Positions 17,395-26,165 of a DNA stretch of 64,000 nucleotides are shown one piece after another (the first letter of the stretch is position 1; each line of letters begins with the position of its first letter). The translations under genes were made by a program, and so were the position numbers. Source of the stretch: Gammaproteobacteria bacterium (GTDB taxonomy: Bacteria > Pseudomonadota > Gammaproteobacteria > UBA5335 > SLRW01); assembly GCA_035638775.1 (NCBI GenBank), contig DASQZJ010000005.1:728-64727 (forward strand), read 5' to 3'. The notes below the pieces were generated by a model that was not told where the DNA came from, did not search any database, and saw only the letters and a list, made by a program, of their open reading frames with translations.

Positions 17395-18537
17395 CTAGAC
17401 GATCGCGCGGCTGATCAGCTCCTTCATGATCTCGTTGCTGCCGCCGTAGATGCGCTGCACCCGTCCGTCCACGAACGCCTTCGCCACGGGGAACTCCAGC
17501 ATGTATCCGTAGCCGCCGTGCAGCTGGACGCAGTCGTCGGTCAGGGCGCACTGCATCTCGGAGCACCAGTACTTGGCCATGGCCGCGGTGGTAACGTCGA
17601 GCTTGCCCTGCAGGTGCTGCTCGATGCAGTGGTCGATGAAGATGCGGCCGATGGTTACGTTGGTCTTGAGCTCGGCCAGCTTGAAGCGCGTGTTCTGGAA
17701 CTTCGCGATCGGCTGACCGAACGCCTGGCGCTCCTTGGTGTACTCGATGGTCTTCTCCAGCGTGCGCTCGGCTGCGCAGATCGAGTTGATCCCGATCACC
17801 AGCCGCTCCTGCACCAGCTCGTTCATCAGGTAGGCGAATCCCTGCCCTTCCTGGCCGAGCAGGTTCTCCTTCGGCACCCGGACGTTGTTGAAGAACAGCT
17901 CAGCCGTGTCCTGCGCCTTCATGCCCACCTTCTTCAGCTTGCGTCCCTTCTCGAAGCCCTCCATGCCGCTCTCGACGACGATCAGGCTGATGCCCTTGGC
18001 CCCGGCCTCGGGATCGGTCTTGCACACCACGATCACCAGGTCGGACATGTAGCCGTTGGTGATGAAGGTCTTCTGCCCGTTGACGATATAGTGGTCACCG
18101 TCACGGCGCGCCGTGGTGCGCACCGCCTGCAGGTCGGAGCCGGTCCCCGGCTCGGTCATCGCGATGGCCCCGATCAACTCGCCCCGGGCCATCTTCGGCA
18201 GCCAGCGCCCGTGCTGCTCCCGGTTGCCGTACTTGTAGATATAGGGCGCAACGATGTCGTTGTGCAGGCCGAATCCCGGACCGCTGGTGCCGGCGCGCGA
18301 CTGCTCCTCCATCATCACGATGGAGAACAGGAAGTCGCCCTCGGCACCGCCGTACTCTTCCGGCAGGGACATGCACAGCAGTCCCGCGTCCCCGGCCTTG
18401 CGCCACAGGTCCCGCGAGACCTGCCCCTCTTCCTCCCACTGCTCGTGGTAGGGGATCACTTCCTTCTCGTAGAAGCGCCGGACGGTGTTGCGAAAGATCT
18501 CGTGCTCCTCGCGGAACAGGGGTCGCTGTACAGGCAT
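17395..18537 (-). CDS. Acyl-CoA dehydrogenase (LCAD/IVD-like, YGG type)
   Basis: ORF trimmed to Met11 (MPVQRPLFREEHEIF). It has MTEPGTGSDL and RIYGGSNEIMKELISR. Confidence 0.9.
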   Translation of the reverse strand: MPVQRPLFREEHEIFRNTVRRFYEKEVIPYHEQWEEEGQVSRDLWRKAGDAGLLCMSLPEEYGGAEGDFLFSIVMMEEQSRAGTSGPGFGLHNDIVAPYIYKYGNREQHGRWLPKMARGELIGAIAMTEPGTGSDLQAVRTTARRDGDHYIVNGQKTFITNGYMSDLVIVVCKTDPEAGAKGISLIVVESGMEGFEKGRKLKKVGMKAQDTAELFFNNVRVPKENLLGQEGQGFAYLMNELVQERLVIGINSICAAERTLEKTIEYTKERQAFGQPIAKFQNTRFKLAELKTNVTIGRIFIDHCIEQHLQGKLDVTTAAMAKYWCSEMQCALTDDCVQLHGGYGYMLEFPVAKAFVDGRVQRIYGGSNEIMKELISRAIV

Positions 18538-18692
18538 GGATCCACCTCGATATCGAATGAATGACAAGTACGGGAATTCCGCAGGTCGCAGTGCGGGACG
18601 GCCACGGCGGACCGCCGTCTGCTAGAATCCTGAGTCTTTCCGGTGCGCCCCGGGGATCGCAGCCGGCTCCCCGCCCGACGCGGAGGCAGCGC

Positions 18693-19592
18693 GTGTCCGA
18701 CAATGCCAGAGAAATCCTCCAGACCCGCTATCGTCTCGACCGCTGGGCAGGCACCGTGGGACTGCAGATCGAGGCGGTCTCCGACGATCGTCTGCGCCTG
18801 AGGTTACCCTATAACGAGGACAATATGAATCTGGGCGGCCGCCTGCACGGCGGCGTCACCGCCACCGCGGTGCTGGATGCCGGAAAGCTGCTGGCGCGCT
18901 GGCTGGCCGGCGACACCGGCGTCGAGATCACGCCGCTGGATTTCCAGATCTTCTATCTCCGTCCGGGTGCCCGGCACGCCGTCACCGCCGAGGCGCGCCT
19001 GCTGCGCCGGACGCGGGCGATCCTGTTCCTCGAGGGAGAGGTGACCGGCGAGGACGGGCGGGTTCTGGCCAGCGCGGCCCTGTCCCTGCGCACCTTCGAC
19101 GCCGCGCTGCGGCTACGCGACGAGGACCATACGGACCTGGCCGCAGCGATGCGCCTGGTCCCCGGTCGGCAGGCCCTCGAACATCCCCTGGCCGAGCTCT
19201 TCAACCAGCGCTTTCAGCGCGCCGGCCGGCCGGTGCGCATCGGACACCTGGAGCAGGGCCTCGGCTACATCGACCAGGAGCCCGAGGCACGCACCGAGGA
19301 CGACACCGGTGCCATCGCACCGGGTTACCAGCTGCTGCTTTTCGATCGCATGGGCAGCGTCGTCTCCGGCACCTGGGCGCGCGAGCGCGTGATGTCCGTC
19401 ACCGTGTCGATGCAGCTTTCCTTCTGCGGCCCGGCAACGCGCGAGCCCGTGCGCGTGATCGGCCGCACGCAGCGCCATTACGGCGAGCTCAGCCACAACC
19501 ACGTGGAAATGTACGCGCGTGAATCCGGGCGCTTGCTGCTCAGCGGCCAGGTCACCCACCTGCTGCGCCCGCAGCAGCGCCGCGGCGACTGA
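18693..19592 (+). CDS. Tandem (double) hot-dog thioesterase-like protein
   Basis: The N-terminal half is PaaI-like (GGRLHGGVTATAVLDAG). The C-terminal half is a second hot-dog-like repeat. I chose the GTG at 18693 (GGAGG 6 nt upstream), but the start is uncertain. Confidence 0.65.
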   Translation: MSDNAREILQTRYRLDRWAGTVGLQIEAVSDDRLRLRLPYNEDNMNLGGRLHGGVTATAVLDAGKLLARWLAGDTGVEITPLDFQIFYLRPGARHAVTAEARLLRRTRAILFLEGEVTGEDGRVLASAALSLRTFDAALRLRDEDHTDLAAAMRLVPGRQALEHPLAELFNQRFQRAGRPVRIGHLEQGLGYIDQEPEARTEDDTGAIAPGYQLLLFDRMGSVVSGTWARERVMSVTVSMQLSFCGPATREPVRVIGRTQRHYGELSHNHVEMYARESGRLLLSGQVTHLLRPQQRRGD

Positions 19593-19731
19593 TGCCGGCC
19601 TGCCGCGCGGTGGCCGGACGATTGCAGCGGATCGTGCAATCCCCCTTGCGCCGGCGCCGCTTGTCGCGTTTACTTGGTGACTCGGTCGGGGACCGCGCGA
19701 CCGCCACTCATCCGATCAGGGAGGATGCCCG

Positions 19732-20049
19732 ATGAGCACCGCCAACGATCTGATCCGGCTGATGCCCAAGGCATTCAGGGCGGAAGCCGCCGGAGAGCTG
19801 AAGGCCACCATCCAGTACGCCATCACCGAGCCGATGTACGCCGTGATCGGCGACGGCAGCTGCGAGGTGCACGAGGGCACCGCGGAGAATCCGTCGGTAA
19901 CCATCCGCATCAGCGACGACGACCTGGTGAAGCTGCTGACCGGAGAGCTGGACGGCATGAGCGCGTTCATGACCGGCAAGCTCAAGCTCGACGGGGACAT
20001 GATGCTGGCCCAGCGCCTGGGCTCCCTGTTCGACGCGTCCCGGCTCTAG
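19732..20049 (+). CDS. SCP2 sterol/lipid-carrier domain protein
   Basis: 105 aa, with FMTGKLKLDGDMMLAQRL, the typical SCP2 C-terminal helix. A GGGAGG Shine-Dalgarno is present. Confidence 0.8.
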   Translation: MSTANDLIRLMPKAFRAEAAGELKATIQYAITEPMYAVIGDGSCEVHEGTAENPSVTIRISDDDLVKLLTGELDGMSAFMTGKLKLDGDMMLAQRLGSLFDASRL

Positions 20050-20074
20050 CGCCCTCCCGCGGGAAATCCGGCCT

Positions 20075-20107
20075 GGCAGCCAGCGCGGCTCCTCCGCGCC
20101 GGCTGCC
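20075..20107. terminator. GC hairpin between convergent SCP2 and acyl-CoA dehydrogenase genes
   Basis: GGCAGCCAGCGCGG-ctcct-CCGCGCCGGCTGCC has 14-bp arms with one mismatch. Confidence 0.4.
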
Positions 20108-20129
20108 CTGGATGCGGCCCTGCCGGAGC

Positions 20130-21266
20130 CTACTGCGTGAGCGAGGCGAAGCGCTCAACGTGGTGGTCCCGGTTGCCGAACAGGTTGTCGAACATGGTCA
20201 GCCTCCGGAAGTAGTGGCCGACGTCCAGCTCGTCGGTCATGCCGATCCCGCCGTGCAGCTGGATCGCCTGCTGGCCGACGAAGCGGGACGCCTTGCCCAG
20301 GTAGGCCTTGGCCGCGGACACCGCACGCATGCGCTCGTCGGCATCCTCCTCGTCGACCTTCATCGATACCATGTACGACATGGAACGCGCCTGCTCGACC
20401 TCCACGAACATGTCCACCAGCGCGTGCTGGATCACCTGGAACGAGCCGATCGGCACGCCGAACTGCTTGCGCGTCTTGACGTAGTCGGCGGTGCGACGGA
20501 ACACCGCGTCCATGGCCCCGTAGGCATCGCTGCAGACGGCCGCGGTGGCGTAGTCCACCACCCGCTGGACCAGCGGCAGGGCGTTGCCCTCCTCGCCCAG
20601 CAGGGCATCGGAACCGACGCTCACGCCGTCGAGGCTGACTTCACCGCCCACGGTTCCGTTCAGCAGCCGGTACGGTTTGACCCGGACCCCCTTGGCCCCG
20701 GCATCGATCAGGAACAGGCTGATGCCCTCCGCGTCGCCGTCGCCGCCCCCCGTGCGGGCGGACACGATCAGCTTGTCCGCGTTGGGCGCGTTGAGCACCA
20801 CCGACTTGGTGCCGCTGAGCGCGTAACCGTTGCCGCTCTTCTCGGCCCGCGTGGCCACGCGGGCGAGGTCGTAACGGCCGCCCTGCTCGGCGAAGCCGAA
20901 GGCCAGCTGGAGATCGCCCTCGATCAGTCCCGGGATCAGCGCTTCCTGCTGCGCGCTGCTGCCGCCGAGCGCCAGGGCCTTGCCGCCCAGGACCACCGTC
21001 GGCACGTAGGGTTCCAGCACCATCCCGCGGCCGAAGCTCTCCATCACCAGCATGGTCTCGACGCCGGTACCGCCGAAGCCGCCCACGTCCTCGGGCAGCA
21101 GCAGTCCCAGCCAGCCCAGCTCGCCGAAGCTGTTCCAGTGTTCCTTGCTGTAGCCCTCGGGGCGATCCAGGATCTTCAGGCGCTGCTCGAACTGGTAGTC
21201 CTTCTCGACGAATCGCTCCACGCTGTCGCGGACCATCTGCTGTTCGTCTGTAAGCGAAAAATCCAT
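20130..21266 (-). CDS. Acyl-CoA dehydrogenase family protein (downstream member of tandem pair)
   Basis: ORF trimmed to MDFSLTDEQQMVRDSV. It has the ACAD fold (QLHGGIGMTDE). The position of the MCAD-type catalytic Glu reads NLFGN. It starts 10 nt after the upstream ACAD stop. Confidence 0.85.
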   Translation of the reverse strand: MDFSLTDEQQMVRDSVERFVEKDYQFEQRLKILDRPEGYSKEHWNSFGELGWLGLLLPEDVGGFGGTGVETMLVMESFGRGMVLEPYVPTVVLGGKALALGGSSAQQEALIPGLIEGDLQLAFGFAEQGGRYDLARVATRAEKSGNGYALSGTKSVVLNAPNADKLIVSARTGGGDGDAEGISLFLIDAGAKGVRVKPYRLLNGTVGGEVSLDGVSVGSDALLGEEGNALPLVQRVVDYATAAVCSDAYGAMDAVFRRTADYVKTRKQFGVPIGSFQVIQHALVDMFVEVEQARSMSYMVSMKVDEEDADERMRAVSAAKAYLGKASRFVGQQAIQLHGGIGMTDELDVGHYFRRLTMFDNLFGNRDHHVERFASLTQ

Positions 21267-21276
21267 GTCACACCCC

Positions 21277-22452
21277 TCAACCCAGGCCAAGAAGGTTCTT
21301 GGCGATCACGTTCTTCTGAATCTCGTTGCTGCCGCCGTAGATGGTCGACGCCCGCAGGAAGTTGTAGCGCAGCGTCGAGGTGTTGTACTCGCGCATGCCG
21401 ATCGCTTCCCCGGTGTGCCAGGGCAGCGAGAAGTAGCCGCCCATCTCCAGCAGCGCCTCGGTGATGCCCTGCTGCAGCTGCGTCCCCTTGATCTTGAGAC
21501 CCGATGATTCCGGGCCCGGCGGGTTGCCGCGGGCCATCGCGTCCAGGGTGCGGAAGTTGGTGTACTCCAGCGCCTTGAGGTCGATCTCCAGCTCCGCGAT
21601 CCGCCGGCGCACGTCCGGGTTTTCCAGCAGCGGCGTACCGTTGACCGTGTCCTCGCCCGCGATGCGCTTCAAGCGCGCGATCTGCTTGGTGGATTCGGGC
21701 ACGCCGGCGATGCCGGTACGCTCGTGCCCCAGCAGGTACTTGGCCAGCGTCCATCCCTGGCCTTCCTCACCGACCCGGTTTGCCACCGGCACCTTGACGT
21801 TGGTAAGGAACACCTCGTTGAGATGATGCACGCCGTCGATGGTAATGATCGGCCGGACCTCGATCCCGGGACTGTTCATGTCGATCAGCAGGAAGGAGAT
21901 ACCCTGCTGCTTGCGCCCCTCGCTGCTGGTCCGGACGAGGCAGAACATCATCTCGGCCCAGTGGGCCTGGGTGGTCCAGATCTTCTGGCCGTTGACGATG
22001 TAGTGGTCGCCCTCCCGCTTGGCCGCGGTCTTGAGCGAGGCCAGATCGGATCCCGCCCCCGGCTCCGAGTACCCCTGGCACCAGAGCTGCCGGCCGGTGC
22101 GGATCCTGGGGAGATACTCCTGCTTCTGCTCGTCGGTGCCGAAGGCCATGATCACCGGCGCCACCATGGCGACGCCGAACGGGCTCACGTTGGGCGCCGA
22201 TGCCAGCGCGCGCTCCTGCGCGAAGATGTAGCGCTGGGTCGCATTCCAGCCGGGGCCGCCGAACTCCTCGGGCCAGTTGGCCGCCAGCCAGCCCTTTTCG
22301 CCGAGCTTGCGTTCCCAGGCGACCTGCTCTTCCCTGGTGAGCTCGAGCCCGAGCTCGACCTTCTCCTTGATCTCGCTGGGGAGGTTTTCGGCGAACCACT
22401 GCCGAACCTCCTCCTGGAACTTGCGTTCCTCCGGCGTAAAGTCGATATTCAT
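21277..22452 (-). CDS. Acyl-CoA dehydrogenase family protein (upstream member of tandem pair)
   Basis: 391 aa, with YSEPGAGSDLASL, WTTQAHWAEMMF and STIYGGSNEIQKNVIAK. Confidence 0.88.
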   Translation of the reverse strand: MNIDFTPEERKFQEEVRQWFAENLPSEIKEKVELGLELTREEQVAWERKLGEKGWLAANWPEEFGGPGWNATQRYIFAQERALASAPNVSPFGVAMVAPVIMAFGTDEQKQEYLPRIRTGRQLWCQGYSEPGAGSDLASLKTAAKREGDHYIVNGQKIWTTQAHWAEMMFCLVRTSSEGRKQQGISFLLIDMNSPGIEVRPIITIDGVHHLNEVFLTNVKVPVANRVGEEGQGWTLAKYLLGHERTGIAGVPESTKQIARLKRIAGEDTVNGTPLLENPDVRRRIAELEIDLKALEYTNFRTLDAMARGNPPGPESSGLKIKGTQLQQGITEALLEMGGYFSLPWHTGEAIGMREYNTSTLRYNFLRASTIYGGSNEIQKNVIAKNLLGLG

Positions 22453-22622
22453 TGTCTGCCTCTCTGCCGGGCCCGGCGAACCGGTGACACCCGGGTCCTG
22501 GATGTGGATTGACGCTTAGACCGGAAAACTGTCCGGGCATAGTACCAGCGGACCGCAGCGGCGTCATGACGCCCTTGGCGCTGCCGGCCGCCCCGGACGG
22601 GGGCCGGAAATGCGGGGCCAGC

Positions 22623-23438
22623 ATGTCCGCTACCACGCAACAGCCCGAGATCGGCATTCCGCTGTTTCCGGCATCTCCCGCCCACGGGGACGCGGCCCGC
22701 TCGCTGGCGGCGCGGTTCGCGCTCCCGCTGGCCTCGCGGCGGCCGCCGGCCAGGCCCGCCCTGCGCGTCGGCGACGACGGAGTCTCCCTGCTCGACGGCG
22801 GGAACCGCTTCAAGCCGGTGCGGGTGGATTTCCTCCACGGCGAGGCCGGCTACGGCCAGCGTCACGGCGGCGGTGTGGGCCGGGCCCTGGCGCGGGCCGT
22901 CGGTCTCCGCCGGGGCAGGCGGCCGGACGTTCTCGATGCCACCGCGGGGCTCGGACGGGACGGGTTCGTGCTCGCCGGCCTCGGCTGCCGCGTGCACCTC
23001 GTGGAACGCTCGGGGGCGGTCGCCTGCCTGCTGGCCGACGGCCTCGCACGGGCCGCCCGCGATCCGGGCCCGGCATCCGCAGCGGTCGCGCGCATCTCGC
23101 TGGCGCATACCGATGCCGTCGACCTGATGGGCCCGCGCCGGGAGGCGGCCGCCGACGTGGTCTACCTGGACCCGATGTATCCGGCGCGCCGCAAGTCGGC
23201 ACTGCCGGGACGCGCGATGCAGTTGCTGCGGGAGATCGTCGGGCCGGAGCAGGACGGCGCGGCGCTGCTGGCGGCCGGACTGACGCACGCGCGACAGCGC
23301 GTGGTGGTCAAGCGCCCACGCCGGGCGGCGGTCCTGGACGGGCGGCCCCCCGACTTCTCCATCGAGACCCGGCACACGCGTTACGATGTATACATGGTGG
23401 CTGCCTCCGGCGCTGTCGCCGGCGGGCCCGGCGACTGA
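22623..23438 (+). CDS. rsmJ: 16S rRNA (guanine1516-N2)-methyltransferase RsmJ
   Basis: ORF trimmed to the ATG at 22623. It has LDATAGLGRDGFVLA and VYLDPMYPARRKSALPGRAMQLL...RVVVKRP, as in YhiQ/RsmJ. Confidence 0.78.
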   Translation: MSATTQQPEIGIPLFPASPAHGDAARSLAARFALPLASRRPPARPALRVGDDGVSLLDGGNRFKPVRVDFLHGEAGYGQRHGGGVGRALARAVGLRRGRRPDVLDATAGLGRDGFVLAGLGCRVHLVERSGAVACLLADGLARAARDPGPASAAVARISLAHTDAVDLMGPRREAAADVVYLDPMYPARRKSALPGRAMQLLREIVGPEQDGAALLAAGLTHARQRVVVKRPRRAAVLDGRPPDFSIETRHTRYDVYMVAASGAVAGGPGD

Positions 23439-23514
23439 GCCGGCCCGGGCCACGGACACAAGCTCGACGGGACGAAACCGGCAGCAGGTCTCCGGTTTGG
23501 TGAGGGATACGACG

Positions 23515-24162
23515 ATGGGACTCTATGCGGATCGAATCTTCCCCTGGCTGCTGGACCGGGTCACACGGGGCGTCTACCGGGATCGCGAAGCGTTGCTGCG
23601 GGAAGCGTCGGGCCGCGTCCTGGAGATCGGCGTCGGCACCGGCATCAACCTGCCGCTGTACGATCCGGCGAAGGTTACCGAGGTGGTCGGCATCGAGCCC
23701 TCGGCGGCGATGCTGGAGAAGGCGCGGGAGCGCATCCACGAGACCGGAGTGACCCTGCCGGTGCGGCTGCAGCAGGCGTCGGCGGAGGCCCTCCCGTTTC
23801 GTGACGCGAGCTTCGACACGGTCGTCGCCTGCCTGGTGTTCTGCACCATCCCCGACGCGCGGCGGGCGACCGCGGAGATGGTGCGGGTGCTGCGCCCGGG
23901 GGGTCGCGTGCTGTTCTTCGAGCACACCCGCTCGCCGGAGCGGCCGGTGGCGAAGTGGCAGGATCGCATCGACCCGCTGTGGACGCGCGTGGCCTGCGGC
24001 TGCCACATCAACCGCTCCACGCGGGACCTGTTCGAGGAGATGGGCCTGAAGTTCCGGCGCATCGACAGCTACTATCATCCCAAGATGGGGGGGAAGATTT
24101 CCGCCCACGTCATCGTCGGCGTCGCCGGGCGCGAGCCGGACGGCGAGGTCCTCAGTCGCTGA
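23515..24162 (+). CDS. Class I SAM-dependent methyltransferase
   Basis: ORF trimmed to MGLYADRIF. It has motif I VLEIGVGTGIN and post-I/II regions (FDTVVACLVFCTIPD, LRPGGRVLFFEH). Confidence 0.8.
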   Translation: MGLYADRIFPWLLDRVTRGVYRDREALLREASGRVLEIGVGTGINLPLYDPAKVTEVVGIEPSAAMLEKARERIHETGVTLPVRLQQASAEALPFRDASFDTVVACLVFCTIPDARRATAEMVRVLRPGGRVLFFEHTRSPERPVAKWQDRIDPLWTRVACGCHINRSTRDLFEEMGLKFRRIDSYYHPKMGGKISAHVIVGVAGREPDGEVLSR

Positions 24163-25957
24163 GCCAGTCCGTGGGAAAATCCGCCGCGTAGCCGTCGCTT
24201 GCCTGCAGCGCCGCCGCCAGCCCGCGGGTCCGGGGAAGCTGATAGCGGAAGAAGTACCGGCAGGTGCCGATCTTGCCCCGGTAGAATGTGCCCTCTCCGG
24301 CCCGGCCGGCGGCGGCCAGCGCGCGGGAGGCGCGGGCCGCCTGGCGCAGCCACTGCCAGCCCACCGCCACCAGGCCGAACATCTCCAGGAACACGGTCGC
24401 GTCCGCCAGGCCGTGCACCGGGTCGCCGGCGGCGATCCTCTCCAGGCGCTGCGTGGCAACCTGCCGCAGCATCCCCGCGGCGTCCTCGAGCATCTCGCAT
24501 TCCCCGTCCAGACCGCCGCAGTCACGGGCTTCCTCCACTGCCGCGTCGATCCGTTCGAGGAACAGGTGAAAGCCCAGGCCGTCGTCCTGGCGCAGCTTGC
24601 GTCCCAGCAGATCCAGCGCCTGGATCCCCGTGGTCCCCTCGTGGATCGGGTGGATGCGCGCGTCACGGTAAAGCTGCTCCAGCACGTAGTCGTCGCAGTA
24701 GCCGGCACCGCCCAGGCACTGCAGTCCGGCGCTCACGGACTGGATCCCGGTCTCCGACGGCCAGGTCTTCGCCACCGGCGTGAGCAGGTCCAGCAGCGCC
24801 GCCGCCTCCTGCCGCTCCCGTCCGTCGGCGGCCTCCGCCAGGTCCGCGTAACGGGCGGTCTGCAGCAGCAGCGCGAGGGAGCCCTCGACCACCGCGCGCT
24901 GGAACAGCAGCATGCGCCGTACGTCCGGATGCTCCCAGATCATCACGGGGGGCCGCTGCGGGTCGCGGTCGTCGAGCGGGCGGCCCTGGGGCCGCTGGGC
25001 GGCGTAGTCCAGGGATGCGTAATAGGCGGCGGACGCGATGCCCGCGGCCCCCACGCCGACATCCACGCGCGCGTGGTTCATCATCCGGAACATGTACTGC
25101 AGCCCCCGGTTTGGCTCGCCCACCAGCCAGGCCCGGCAGTCGCCGCCCTCGCCGAAATTGAGCTGTCCGATGGGCGCACCGCGGTAACCCATCTTGTGGA
25201 ACAGGTTCGCCACGCGCACGTCGTTGTCGACCAGGCGGCCGTCCGCCTCCGGACGCTCGCGCGGGACCACGAACAGCGAGATTCCCCGAACGCCGGCGGG
25301 CGCCCCCTCGATCCGTGCCAGCAACAGGTGCACGATATTGTCTGCGCCGTCGTGATCGCCGGCCGAGGTGAACACCTTCTGCCCGCGCACCCGGTAACTG
25401 CTGTCGCCCGCCGGACGGGCCGTCGTGCCGAGGTCCGCCAGGGCGCTGCCCGCGTGGGGCTCCGTCAGCGCCATGGTGCCCTGCCAGCGCCCTGCCAGCA
25501 TGGGCGGCAGGTAGGTGCGGCGCAGGGCGTCGTCCCCGAATGTCTCGATCAGGCGCGCGGCGCCGCCGGTAAGAAACGGATACACGCTCAGCGAGTAGTT
25601 CGCCGCCGAGATCACGAAGCGGAAGGCGGTGGTCAGCAGGAACGGCAGCTGCGCGCCACCGGCCGCCTCGTCGGCACCCCCCCCGATCCAGCCGGCCTCG
25701 CCGCACTCGCGCATGAACTCGCGCACCACCGGGTGGACCCGCACGTGCCCCGCTTCCAGCACCGGCGGTCGCCGATCCATCTCCACCAGGCAGGGTCGCA
25801 TGCGCTCGCGCCCCAGACGCATGGCCGAGTCCAGCACCATGTCGGCCGTCTCGGCATCGTGCGCGGCGTAGCGCGGCAGCGCGGACAACCCGCCGACATC
25901 GAATACCTCGTGCAGAAGGAAACGCAGGTTGCGTTCGCTGACGAACTTTTCGCTCAC
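24152..25957 (-). CDS. Large (~600 aa) acyl-CoA dehydrogenase with extra C-terminal domain
   Basis: The GTG at 25957 has GGAGG 7 nt upstream. It has LTEPHAGSALADL and an ACAD core, plus a C-terminal extension typical of FadE-like long ACADs. Confidence 0.85.
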   Translation of the reverse strand: MSEKFVSERNLRFLLHEVFDVGGLSALPRYAAHDAETADMVLDSAMRLGRERMRPCLVEMDRRPPVLEAGHVRVHPVVREFMRECGEAGWIGGGADEAAGGAQLPFLLTTAFRFVISAANYSLSVYPFLTGGAARLIETFGDDALRRTYLPPMLAGRWQGTMALTEPHAGSALADLGTTARPAGDSSYRVRGQKVFTSAGDHDGADNIVHLLLARIEGAPAGVRGISLFVVPRERPEADGRLVDNDVRVANLFHKMGYRGAPIGQLNFGEGGDCRAWLVGEPNRGLQYMFRMMNHARVDVGVGAAGIASAAYYASLDYAAQRPQGRPLDDRDPQRPPVMIWEHPDVRRMLLFQRAVVEGSLALLLQTARYADLAEAADGRERQEAAALLDLLTPVAKTWPSETGIQSVSAGLQCLGGAGYCDDYVLEQLYRDARIHPIHEGTTGIQALDLLGRKLRQDDGLGFHLFLERIDAAVEEARDCGGLDGECEMLEDAAGMLRQVATQRLERIAAGDPVHGLADATVFLEMFGLVAVGWQWLRQAARASRALAAAGRAGEGTFYRGKIGTCRYFFRYQLPRTRGLAAALQASDGYAADFPTDWLSD

Positions 25958-26165
25958 GGAAGCGCCTCCCCGGAACGGATTTGCCACCCGCAGGATCGCC
26001 GCCCCGCGGCAGGCCCGGGCGCGCTGAGGGCCGGCCCGGCCCGGAGATGCTACCAGTCTTCCCGCAAGCGTGCTCAGGCAGGAGCTATGGGCCGGCGGGC
26101 GCGTGATGTACAATCCCGATCCTGCCGTTTGCACAGTGATCGCCCCAGAGCCGAGGACCATTCTC

